A DNA stretch of 32,000 nt from an uncultured bacterium. Its GTDB lineage: Bacteria; Auribacterota; JACPWU01. A model generated the notes under the pieces. The model worked only from the letters and a program-made list of their open reading frames with translations. It was not told where the DNA came from and made no database searches. The stretch lies in the NCBI GenBank assembly GCA_964640155.1, contig CAZXEQ010000005.1, positions 30,001 to 62,000 of the forward strand, written 5' to 3'. The position numbers were made by a program, and so were the translations under genes. Positions 1 to 8,059 of this stretch are shown here, in pieces. The stretch's first letter is position 1. Every line of letters starts with the position of its first letter.

Positions 1-699
1 ATTTTCTCTGGACCCAACAATCATCGCTTGTAATAAAGGTAAAACCGTTGAATCCCTTGAAATTCCTTTCTCAAGATTATGATTTGTAAATTGCCTGAAT
101 TGTTCAATCCTCTTTTCAAAAGAAATTTGATCACTCTGCAAGAGATGAATAGATTTAGCACTTGATACTTTTACTACTAAAACAACTCCCTGACTTTTCA
201 GCCAAACAGGAAAACCTTCTTCATGACTGAAATTACTGAAAGGCCTTTGAAGAATCTTTCCTTCGAGTTCTATTTTGTCAAAGCGATTGAGTAAACAGTT
301 CTCTCCCCCTTTCACAAGTACTTTCCCATTTGCAGAAAACCAGCGGTGATCTTCATGAGTAGAGTGAACATCTACGATGATTTGTTTAAGCCCAGAAATC
401 TGAACAAAATCTACAATTTCTCCCTGAATTTGAATAAATGTTTTAGCTTTGGACAGTTGATCGATACGATCAGAGGAAGGAAAATAAATCTTAAAATCAT
501 AAAGAAAAATTCCGACTAAAAAACATACACTTAAAAGACAAATATTTGAGATTTTCTGATTTTTTAAAAAAGGGAAAATAATTAAGAGCACAAAACCTAA
601 AATCCATAGTCCAACGGTTAAACTAAAAGGAAGAAAAGAAGCTGTAAAAATTCCGACGGCAAGAGAAATAGAGAGAACAAGAAGAGGTTGTTTTGTCAT
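1..699 (-). CDS. comEC: ComEC/Rec2-family DNA-uptake channel protein, N-terminal part (continues past the left edge)
   Basis: Not in the supplied ORF track. My own minus-strand translation from ATG 699..697 gives 233 codons without a stop. It starts MTKQPLLVLSISLAVGIFTASFLPFSLTVGLWILGFVLLIIFPF (TM helices). It continues ...IELEGKILQRPFSNFSHEEGFPVWLKSQGVVLVVKV..., which fits the ComEC N-terminal domain pattern. Same strand as comEA and two genes downstream of it. Confidence 0.6.
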   Translation of the reverse strand, partial: MTKQPLLVLSISLAVGIFTASFLPFSLTVGLWILGFVLLIIFPFLKNQKISNICLLSVCFLVGIFLYDFKIYFPSSDRIDQLSKAKTFIQIQGEIVDFVQISGLKQIIVDVHSTHEDHRWFSANGKVLVKGGENCLLNRFDKIELEGKILQRPFSNFSHEEGFPVWLKSQGVVLVVKVSSAKSIHLLQSDQISFEKRIEQFRQFTNHNLEKGISRDSTVLPLLQAMIVGSREN

Positions 700-703
700 A
701 AAT

Positions 704-789
704 ACGGGTGACGCTCGACGGGGCGCCCTACCGAGCGCAACTTTTGCTGAGCACGGTGATGGTCCCGATGTGACATCGGGGGACCCGCC
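704..789 (+). repeat. GC-rich hairpin repeat, copy A (chimeric variant)
   Basis: Sequence: acgggtgacgctcgacggggcgccctaccgagcgcaacttttgctgagcacggtgatggtcccgatgtgacatcgggggacccgcc. The 5' half and the loop (agcgcaacttttgctgagcac) align with copies C and D. The 3' half is a different perfect 7-bp hairpin, cccgatg-tga-catcggg (764-780). Confidence 0.8.
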
Positions 790-819
790 ACCTTATCAGA
801 AAATATACTTCTATGCATG

Positions 820-1353
820 TCAACCATCACCCCCATAATCCACAATTTCTACAGAAATGGCCTGCATAGAAATTTTAGCTAAATGAAGAATAGGAATAGA
901 ATCTGACAACCAAACCTTCACAAGACGATCCTGATAAACACCTCTGTATCGTTGACATGGGAAAAACCCTTTTTCAACAGCAATAGACTCTTCGCCATCA
1001 AGCTTAAAATCAATTTGAAAAAAGTCATTCATTTCTGTTTTTTCAGGATAAATCTCTTTTACATTTCCTCCATCATAAATCCGAATCGAAATAACTTTTC
1101 CTTCATTCAAATCAATCAACTGCTCTGAGTCAGAAATTTGCTTATCTTTATTAAAACTTGTAATTTTAAGAGTGAGCTTTTCATCTCCTTTCGCAACAAC
1201 AGCCGTACGGGTCAATAATCCATCACTAGATTTCATCAAAATCCATTGTCCCACCTTAGTATTTTGATAAAAATCTGATATTTTTAAAGCTTGAGCTGAC
1301 CCCTGTACAAATAAACAACACAAAATTACCAATTGAATAAAAATCTTTTTCAT
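820..1353 (-). CDS. secreted protein of unknown function
   Basis: Track ORF 820..1362 begins at a TTG. The ATG at 1353 gives MKKIFIQLVILCCLFVQGSAQA, a signal-peptide-like N-terminus. That ATG overlaps the comEA stop as ATGA (1350-1353). Confidence 0.6.
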   Translation of the reverse strand: MKKIFIQLVILCCLFVQGSAQALKISDFYQNTKVGQWILMKSSDGLLTRTAVVAKGDEKLTLKITSFNKDKQISDSEQLIDLNEGKVISIRIYDGGNVKEIYPEKTEMNDFFQIDFKLDGEESIAVEKGFFPCQRYRGVYQDRLVKVWLSDSIPILHLAKISMQAISVEIVDYGGDG

Positions 1354-1937
1354 TTCACACAAACCTTATCCTTAAGATCATCAAATTTCTTTTGACCAAT
1401 GCCAGGAACCTTTAAAAGATCATCAACACAAGTGAAAACATGCTCTTTGCGATAGTCCATAATTCGTGTTGCTAAACCCGGCCCAATACCTGGAAGGCCA
1501 TCCAATTCAATAACACTTGCAGCATTGATATTAATTTTTCCTGGCTCTTTTGAAGGAGGGGTTTCAGCAGAAACATTCACAGGGGTCTCTTGTATAACAG
1601 GCATCCCAGGAACAACAATCGTTTGTCCGTCCTTAACAAATTCCGCCAAGGGAAGACCTAACAAATCTGCTTGAGGTAAAGGTGTAGCTTTTTGAATCGC
1701 TTCTATCAAACGTGTCCCTAGCACTACGCGATAAACACCAGGGTCCTGTACAGCACCTTTTACAAGAACAAGAAGATCTTCTCTAGAGCTCTCAAGCTCT
1801 ATCGCCTGATGACGAGAACCTCTTTGAAAAACATCTATGCCTGCAAACCTTTTAACTGCAAACAAAGACAAACCTAAAATAAAAAGAAGAATAAGAGAAA
1901 AAAGAAGAATCCGTTCTTGGCGAGTTAAACTGAACAT
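1350..1937 (-). CDS. comEA: ComEA-type DNA receptor (N-terminal membrane anchor, C-terminal tandem helix-hairpin-helix)
   Basis: N-terminal TM segment ILLFSLILLFILGLSLFAV. C-terminal HhH motifs INAASVIELDGLPGIGPGLATRI and LLKVPGIGQKKFDDL. Confidence 0.85.
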   Translation of the reverse strand: MFSLTRQERILLFSLILLFILGLSLFAVKRFAGIDVFQRGSRHQAIELESSREDLLVLVKGAVQDPGVYRVVLGTRLIEAIQKATPLPQADLLGLPLAEFVKDGQTIVVPGMPVIQETPVNVSAETPPSKEPGKININAASVIELDGLPGIGPGLATRIMDYRKEHVFTCVDDLLKVPGIGQKKFDDLKDKVCVK

Positions 1938-1943
1938 GAGGAT

Positions 1944-4439
1944 TTACCCCACAATTAAATTCACCAACTTTTTTGGAACATGAATAAATTTACGAATAGA
2001 ACCTGATCCCACATATTTCTGAATTTTTTCATCTTGTCGAATTTTTGCTTCTAAATCTGCTGTTTCAATAGAAGCCTCTACCGTCAAACGACTTCTTACC
2101 TTTCCATTAATTTGAATCACAATTTCTAGCGTATCCTCTTGTAAAACCTTTTCATCCCAACCAGGCCAAACAATCTCACCCACACTTCCTTTTTGACCTA
2201 ATATTTCCCATAATTCTTCACAAATATGGGGACAAAAAGGTGAAAGAAGAATCACCACGGTCTTTAAAGATTCACCGACAACCGCATGATCTTGTTTATG
2301 TTCGGTCGTTGTTGCATCAAAAGAATAAATTTCATTCACCAACTCCATAATCGCACTAATCGCTGTATTAAAATGATAAGCATTTTCAAAATCTAGAGTT
2401 ACTTTTTTAATGGTTTGATGCATTTTCCGATAAAGTTTTTTTTCTGACTCGTTCATCTGATCTAGAGACAAAGAGGCTTGAATATTACCTGAAGAGCTTT
2501 CTAAAAATTCACCTACTTTATACCAAACCCGTTTCAAAAAGCGAAAAGACCCTTCTACCCCTTCTTCATTCCAATCCAAATCTTTCTCAGGAGGAGCTGC
2601 AAACAAGCTAAAAAGTCTGGCCGTATCAGCTCCATATTGATTGATTAAATCATCTGGATCCACAATATTGCCACGTGATTTGGACATTTTAAAACCATCT
2701 TTAATCACCATGCCTTGGGTTAAAAGACGTTTGAAGGGTTCGTCTATTTTAAGAAATCCTAAATCGCGTAAAACTTTTGCAAAAAACCGTGCATACAAAA
2801 GATGTAGAACCGCATGCTCCACACCTCCAATGTATTGATCCACTGGAAGCCAATAATCAACCTTTTGAGACTCCAAAGGCTCTGAAGCTTGAGGACAAGC
2901 ATAGCGAGCAAAATACCAAGAAGATTCAAAGAAAGTATCCATGGTATCCGTTTCACGTCTAGCAGGCTTACCACATTTAGGACATACAACATCAACAAAA
3001 TCGGTATGTTCCGCCAGTGGAGAAGGCCCTTCTCCTGTAAATTTGACATCTTTAGGAAGAATCACAGGAAGATCTTTTTCTGGCACCGGAACAGCTCCAC
3101 AAGATTTACAATAAATAATTGGAATAGGGGCTCCCCAATATCTTTGACGCGACACACCCCAATCTCGAATTTTATAATTAACTGTCCTTTTCCCAACCTT
3201 TTTTTGCTCTAAATGATGAGCAATTTTTCCCCAAGCTTCTTGATTCGATAATCCATCAAATAAGTCTGAGTGAACCTGAATACCATCCCCTTCATAACTT
3301 TGAGTCATTGCTTCAGGATTTAGCGCTTCTCCTGAGGGCTGGATAACAACCTTGATAGGGATTCTATACTTTTTTGAAAACTCAAAATCTCTTTGATCGT
3401 GAGCTGGAACAGCCATCACAGCACCTGTTCCATATTCCATCAAAACAAAATTTGCAACATAAACAGGGATTTTTTCTCCTATGAGAGGATGAATACAATA
3501 AATACCGGTGAAAACACCTTCTTTCTCTTTGGTCTGATCTGTTCGAAAGGAACGGTCTTCTTTGGAAACTTTCTCTATAAAAGCACGGACTTCTTTTTCT
3601 TGAGATTTTCCCTTAATCCATTCCAAAATTTTAGGATGTTCCGGGGCCACACTCATAAAAGTTACACCGTAAAGCGTATCCACCCTTGTTGTAAAAATTT
3701 TGAGTGTCGCTTCTTTCTGTCCTTCAACTAGAAAATCCACTTCCACGCCTTCGGATCTTCCAATCCAGTTCTTCTGCATCATCAAAACACGTTCAGGCCA
3801 ACCTTCCTTTAATTTTTCTAAGTCAGCTAAAAGTTCATCCGCATAAGAAGTAATTTTTAAAAACCATTGTTCTAAATCTTTTTGAATCACCTCTTTTTCA
3901 CAACGCCAACATTTTCCATCTACCACTTGTTCATTCGCTAAAACGGTTTCACACCCAGAGCACCAATTGACAAAGGATTTACGTTTATAGGCCAAACCTT
4001 TTTCATACATCTTCAAAAAAAGTTTTTGTTCTAAACCATAGTAAGAAACATCACAAGTTGCTATTTCTCTAGACCAATCATAAGAAAATCCCATTTTCTT
4101 AAGCTGCATTTTCATAAATGCAATATTGTCATAGGTCCACTGAGCTGGATGAACGCCATGCTTAATCGCTGCATTTTCTGCGGGCAATCCAAAAGCATCC
4201 CATCCCATGGGATGAAGCACATTAAATCCTTTCATACGCTGATAACGGGCAACAACATCTCCAATCGCATAATTGCGTACATGGCCCATATGAATCCGGC
4301 CTGAAGGATAAGGAAACATCACCAGACAATAGAATTTTGGCTTGGAAGATTTTTCAGCAACATGAAAAGAACGTTCAGTCTCCCAAAAAGACTGCCATTT
4401 TGACTCTATTTTTTTGAAATCATAAATTATTTTTGACAT
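1944..4439 (-). CDS. leuS: leucine--tRNA ligase
   Basis: Class I synthetase motifs [15 protein letters not shown] (HIGH-type) and FKMSKSRGN (KMSKS). Length about 830 aa. The track start at 4460 is a TTG; the first ATG at 4439 gives [16 protein letters not shown]. Confidence 0.97.
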   Translation of the reverse strand: MSKIIYDFKKIESKWQSFWETERSFHVAEKSSKPKFYCLVMFPYPSGRIHMGHVRNYAIGDVVARYQRMKGFNVLHPMGWDAFGLPAENAAIKHGVHPAQWTYDNIAFMKMQLKKMGFSYDWSREIATCDVSYYGLEQKLFLKMYEKGLAYKRKSFVNWCSGCETVLANEQVVDGKCWRCEKEVIQKDLEQWFLKITSYADELLADLEKLKEGWPERVLMMQKNWIGRSEGVEVDFLVEGQKEATLKIFTTRVDTLYGVTFMSVAPEHPKILEWIKGKSQEKEVRAFIEKVSKEDRSFRTDQTKEKEGVFTGIYCIHPLIGEKIPVYVANFVLMEYGTGAVMAVPAHDQRDFEFSKKYRIPIKVVIQPSGEALNPEAMTQSYEGDGIQVHSDLFDGLSNQEAWGKIAHHLEQKKVGKRTVNYKIRDWGVSRQRYWGAPIPIIYCKSCGAVPVPEKDLPVILPKDVKFTGEGPSPLAEHTDFVDVVCPKCGKPARRETDTMDTFFESSWYFARYACPQASEPLESQKVDYWLPVDQYIGGVEHAVLHLLYARFFAKVLRDLGFLKIDEPFKRLLTQGMVIKDGFKMSKSRGNIVDPDDLINQYGADTARLFSLFAAPPEKDLDWNEEGVEGSFRFLKRVWYKVGEFLESSSGNIQASLSLDQMNESEKKLYRKMHQTIKKVTLDFENAYHFNTAISAIMELVNEIYSFDATTTEHKQDHAVVGESLKTVVILLSPFCPHICEELWEILGQKGSVGEIVWPGWDEKVLQEDTLEIVIQINGKVRSRLTVEASIETADLEAKIRQDEKIQKYVGSGSIRKFIHVPKKLVNLIVG

Positions 4440-4484
4440 GGATTTTTCTTTGTTATTCAACTTTAAAACTTGAAGCCAAGATTA

Positions 4485-4647
4485 CCTCAGTACCAAAGTT
4501 AGGCGTGAGCTCCGAGACAAAATAGCTTGTGTCATATTGGCTTGAAGAAAACGCAGGCATACACAAGAAGTGTCTGTCGAGGCTTTCTGAAAGACAAGAT
4601 GGCCAAGATCTTTAGTCGAATGCCACGTTCTAACTTTGGTACTGAGG
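4485..4647. other. 163-bp element bounded by perfect 18-bp inverted repeats (MITE-like insertion or structured RNA)
   Basis: cctcagtaccaaagttag (4485-4502) is the exact reverse complement of ctaactttggtactgagg (4630-4647). The stem extends by gcgtg/cacgt (4503-4507 with 4624-4628, one G-T pair, one bulge). ATTA directly flanks both ends (4481-4484 and 4648-4651). There is an internal hairpin cttgtgt/acacaag (4526-4532 with 4561-4567). Confidence 0.5.
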
Positions 4648-4662
4648 ATTATTAATCTTTAT

Positions 4663-6111
4663 TTAGGATTTGTCAATTGCTGGGGATTTGCTTTCGGAGC
4701 ATTTGAAAGTAGTAAAAATAAAAATATCGCATCCCTTTTTCCATTCATGAGGATTCATTCCCGCCTTCAAACAGGCTTGAGAAAGTAACTCTTCTCGATT
4801 CCACCCTTCCTCAGTAGCAACTTGTGGAAGAAAAAGACCTGAACGCGCCCCTTTTTTAACGAACACACCATGTTTGCCTATTTTAATTTCTCTTAAGGAT
4901 TGAATCAGTACAAAATCACTTAAAATAGAGATTTCTATCTGAATATGGTCCAACTCTTCTTTTCGTACGGGAGAAAACCTTGAATCCTGAAAAGCTGCTG
5001 CTAAAACTAAATCCTTCACAGATTCCAATAAAGTTTTATTCGCATTCACAAAACCAATGCAACCCCGCAAATGTTCATCCTTTTTTAAAGTAACAAATAC
5101 ACTTTTCTTCTGAAGAAATTTTGGATTGGAAGGAACAGACCCTGTTTTTTTCTTTTTACCTAAAGAAACTTCTAGTGTACGACGCGCAAATTCACAGAGT
5201 GATTTTTTCTCTAATCCTGACAAAAATTCTTCTTCCATCTCAGCCAAAAGCCTTTCATCTTCTAACGGACGTTTAAAGATCGCCATAGAAACATATCCTA
5301 CCACTTTTGTTTTATCTCCCGTTACATCTCCTGAATTAGCAAAATTCAATGTTTTTACTGCATTAGCTCCCAATTCTCGCACCGCCAGCAAGGCTGTCAG
5401 CATAGGGCCAAATCCACATAGCTCGGCCCTTTCCTCCTTAGCAGCATCCATGTAGAGTCGACCAGGATCCATGCTTTCGATATCTTGAATCGCAATTCTA
5501 TCCTTACGAACAGCTTCGTCATAAGAAAAATAATGAGACAAATCAGTAGAAACAATCAAAACTATTTTCTTCTGTTTTTTTGCAAGAATGGCATGAACAA
5601 TGGCATTGGCCAAACGACTGCATGTTTTCCAATCATAATCGGCCATGACAATAGGAACCACTTTCATATGAGAAGCTATCATTTGCAAAAATGGAATTTG
5701 AACTTCTAAAGAATGCTCTTTGGCGTGAGATGTTGCATCAAAAACAGATCCAGTATCTTTGCAAAGAATCATTTCTGCTAAATCTTCATCTATTTTAAAT
5801 TCTCCCAAAGGTGTTTTAAAAGCCCCTTTTGCATACACAGAAGTACCTGGAAAACCCAGCCCTTGATGATTAGGCCCTATTAAAATAGCCGTATCAAAAA
5901 CGGTTTCTTGCAAGACACGATAGGCATGGGCTGCCACCCGTCCGGAATAAGGCAATCCTGCATGAGGAACAACCAAAGCAATGAGTTCACCTGGAATCTG
6001 TGGAAGCGAAACATCTTTTAAAAAAGATAAGACATCTAATTTTAATTGTCGTGCAGACCCTGAATAAAACAAGCCTGCAACAGCTGGTTCCCGAACATTG
6101 CTCACAAGCAA
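4663..6111 (-). CDS. Memo-like + AMMECR1 fusion protein (AmmeMemoRadiSam system proteins B and A in one polypeptide)
   Basis: N-terminal half has Memo-family motifs VVPHAGLPYSG and STDLSHY. C-terminal half has the AMMECR1 signature LRGCIGF. The TTG start at 6111 is preceded by AGGAG (revcomp of 6114-6118). Confidence 0.85.
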   Translation of the reverse strand: MLVSNVREPAVAGLFYSGSARQLKLDVLSFLKDVSLPQIPGELIALVVPHAGLPYSGRVAAHAYRVLQETVFDTAILIGPNHQGLGFPGTSVYAKGAFKTPLGEFKIDEDLAEMILCKDTGSVFDATSHAKEHSLEVQIPFLQMIASHMKVVPIVMADYDWKTCSRLANAIVHAILAKKQKKIVLIVSTDLSHYFSYDEAVRKDRIAIQDIESMDPGRLYMDAAKEERAELCGFGPMLTALLAVRELGANAVKTLNFANSGDVTGDKTKVVGYVSMAIFKRPLEDERLLAEMEEEFLSGLEKKSLCEFARRTLEVSLGKKKKTGSVPSNPKFLQKKSVFVTLKKDEHLRGCIGFVNANKTLLESVKDLVLAAAFQDSRFSPVRKEELDHIQIEISILSDFVLIQSLREIKIGKHGVFVKKGARSGLFLPQVATEEGWNREELLSQACLKAGMNPHEWKKGCDIFIFTTFKCSESKSPAIDKS

Positions 6112-6202
6112 TCTCTCCTAAAAACGTATCTTATGATTATATCCTGTTTTTAATATTCAGTCCACTTCCCTTGGAAATTGGAAATAAGTAGATACTGTAT
6201 AT

Positions 6203-6323
6203 AAAAGTGTGTTCTTTTTAAAAGTAGCGGGTCCTGCCACTCGACAGCCCCATTGTACTCACGAAAAGTTGCGTTCAATGGGGCTGTCGAGTGTCACCCG
6301 CATTGATAAAGAACACACTCTTT
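6203..6323 (-). repeat. GC-rich hairpin repeat, copy B (best-preserved palindrome)
   Basis: Core is 6227-6301. A perfect 18-bp stem joins 6238-6255 (cactcgacagccccattg) to 6276-6293 (caatggggctgtcgagtg), with a 20-nt loop. The outer helix is gcgggt/acccgc. An AT-rich outer inverted repeat pairs agtgtgttcttt with aaagaacacact. Confidence 0.85.
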
Positions 6324-6384
6324 ATACGGAATCAGAATAAGGGAGATTGATTATGCACTCCATTTGTATTAGCATACCTTTGAT

Positions 6385-7008
6385 ATGATAGGAAAACCAA
6401 AAAAAATTAAAGCCATTATTTTTGATATTGGAAATGTGATTCTTTTCTTCAATAATCACCTTGTGTCCAAAAGGCTTCAAGCATTGACACATTTATCAGA
6501 AGAAAAGCTTTTCAAAACGGTATTTGGATTCTATATGGAGAAGGAACTTGATTTAGGAAAGTTTCCTGCCGATGATTTTTTGAAATTGGTGCGATCGAAA
6601 CTCAAATTAAAAACTTCTATTCCTCAGATGCATACCCTCTTTTCAGATATTTTCAAAGAAAATGTTCTTATTTCGAGTTTGATACGACAATTGAAGGGAA
6701 AAATTCCACTGATTGCCATTTCCAATACCAATGAAAGCCATTTTGAATTTATCCGAAAACATTTTCCGATACTTCATCTTCTAGATCACATCATTGCATC
6801 TTGCGAAGTAGGAGTCAAAAAACCCCATTCAGGAATTTATTTTCAAGGGTTAAAACATGTTTCTGCCCAACCTCAAGATTGCCTTTTCATTGATGATCAA
6901 GAAAAAAATATTACCCCTGCAAGAATGTTAGGATTTCAGACTCATCTCTATCATGTACAACAACATGAATCCTTCTTGAGTCAGCTTTATCAAATGGGTA
7001 TTTTGTAG
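6385..7008 (+). CDS. HAD-superfamily hydrolase (subfamily IA-like)
   Basis: Motif I-like IIFDIGNV near the N-terminus, ISNT in mid-protein, and FIDD near the C-terminus. About 200 aa, the typical HAD-IA size. Confidence 0.75.
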   Translation: MIGKPKKIKAIIFDIGNVILFFNNHLVSKRLQALTHLSEEKLFKTVFGFYMEKELDLGKFPADDFLKLVRSKLKLKTSIPQMHTLFSDIFKENVLISSLIRQLKGKIPLIAISNTNESHFEFIRKHFPILHLLDHIIASCEVGVKKPHSGIYFQGLKHVSAQPQDCLFIDDQEKNITPARMLGFQTHLYHVQQHESFLSQLYQMGIL

Positions 7009-7028
7009 ACAACCTTCGGCTCCATCCA

Positions 7029-7805
7029 TCATTCCCTATGAGGCAAAACACCATTAGGAGAGTTTTTGACAAAAGTAACAAACTCTTTTATTTCAGGACT
7101 TTGAAAACCCGCCTTTTCGATCTCAGTTAAAGCATTAGAGACATTCAGCCCAGACCGATAAAAAATCTTATACATCTTTTTAATTTCTCGCATCGCTATC
7201 TCTGAGACCCCTGCTCTTTGTAAACCTATCAAGTTCATAGACCAAATTTCATTGCGTTCACAAGCCATCATAAAAGGAGGAACATCTTTTGAAGTCCCTG
7301 CTCCACCGGAAAAGATTACCAAGCGTCCTACATGAACATGCTGATGAATCATCACACTGGCAGAAATAAAAACTTGATCTGCCACATGAGCATGTCCCGC
7401 CAATACCGCATAATTACAAATAATAATTTTATTCCCTAACACACAATTATGCGCGATATGGGCCCCACCCATCAAAAAATTATCATCACCAATGATCGTA
7501 GAACTTTCAGGTTCCGTTCCCCGATGAACTGTTGCATATTCACGAAACGTGTTTCGGTCTCCAATTTTAAGATAACTGCGCGTATCTGGATTAAATTTTA
7601 AGTCCTGTGGGAAATGCCCAATCGCAGCCCCAACATGAATTTGATTGTCAGATCCTATTTCGGTGTAACCGGTCACAAAAGCGTGCGCCCATACTTTCGT
7701 TCGTGGTCCAATTTTGACATGGTCTTCAATAACCGCATACGGCCCCACTTCAACCGTAGAATCTAATTGAGCCTTTGAACTGACAACAGCTGTTGGATGA
7801 ATCAT
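7029..7805 (-). CDS. lpxA: acyl-ACP--UDP-N-acetylglucosamine O-acyltransferase
   Basis: MIHPTAVVSSKAQLDSTVEVGPYAVIEDHVKIGPRT... shows left-handed beta-helix hexapeptide repeats, followed by the helical C-terminal domain typical of LpxA. The track start at 7865 is a TTG. The ATG at 7805 lies 6 nt downstream of GGAGG (revcomp of 7811-7815). Confidence 0.85.
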   Translation of the reverse strand: MIHPTAVVSSKAQLDSTVEVGPYAVIEDHVKIGPRTKVWAHAFVTGYTEIGSDNQIHVGAAIGHFPQDLKFNPDTRSYLKIGDRNTFREYATVHRGTEPESSTIIGDDNFLMGGAHIAHNCVLGNKIIICNYAVLAGHAHVADQVFISASVMIHQHVHVGRLVIFSGGAGTSKDVPPFMMACERNEIWSMNLIGLQRAGVSEIAMREIKKMYKIFYRSGLNVSNALTEIEKAGFQSPEIKEFVTFVKNSPNGVLPHRE

Positions 7806-7879
7806 GACGACCTCCTCTGGTAAAGAATAGAAATTGCTGATATAATAACGAATATTCAAGTTCAAGCCAAGCTCGCAAT

Positions 7880-8015
7880 CGTTCTCCTAAGTATGAAGAC
7901 CATGGGAGATCGAGCGGGCATGGTCCCCGATAATCATCGGGGGAAGCGAGATCGTCCTCTCAAGTTCATTTGACTCGCAGGGGCAAATGAACGGGTCTGA
8001 ACACTTAGGAGAACG
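7880..8015. ncRNA. candidate structured element: 13-bp closing helix enclosing three perfect hairpins
   Basis: Closing helix: cgttctcctaagt (7880-7892) with acttaggagaacg (8003-8015). Hairpins: gaccatg/catggtc (7898-7904 with 7919-7925), cccgat/atcggg (7926-7931 with 7936-7941), gttcatttg/caaatgaac (7964-7972 with 7984-7992). It is a GC-rich island in the divergent lpxA/LOG intergenic region. Confidence 0.3.
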
Positions 8016-8059
8016 GGTTACTTGTACAATCATCTGGCAAATAATACAAAAGGAATTGG

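Noticed and set aside
2641-3731. Track ORFs nested in or antisense to leuS (2641..2838, 2759..3049, 2777..2962, 2889..3212, 3393..3731).
   Set aside because: They lie wholly inside a well-supported long gene and their translations are low-complexity with no motifs. These are typical shadow ORFs. The same applies to 5126..5455, 5485..5709 and 6000..6191 (in the Memo/AMMECR1 gene). It also applies to 8219..8502 (LOG), 10344..10944 (SPFH), 12564..13928 (ilvD), 16413..16601 and 15610..15804 (EAL). The remaining cases are 19316..19510, 20036..20233, 22713..22901, 28527..28760, 29956..30138 and 30753..30974.
4485-4647. T-box leader for leuS.
   Set aside because: I found no T-box consensus (GGTGGTACCGCG-like) and no terminator/antiterminator pair. 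A single 23-bp closing helix enclosing the whole element is not T-box architecture.
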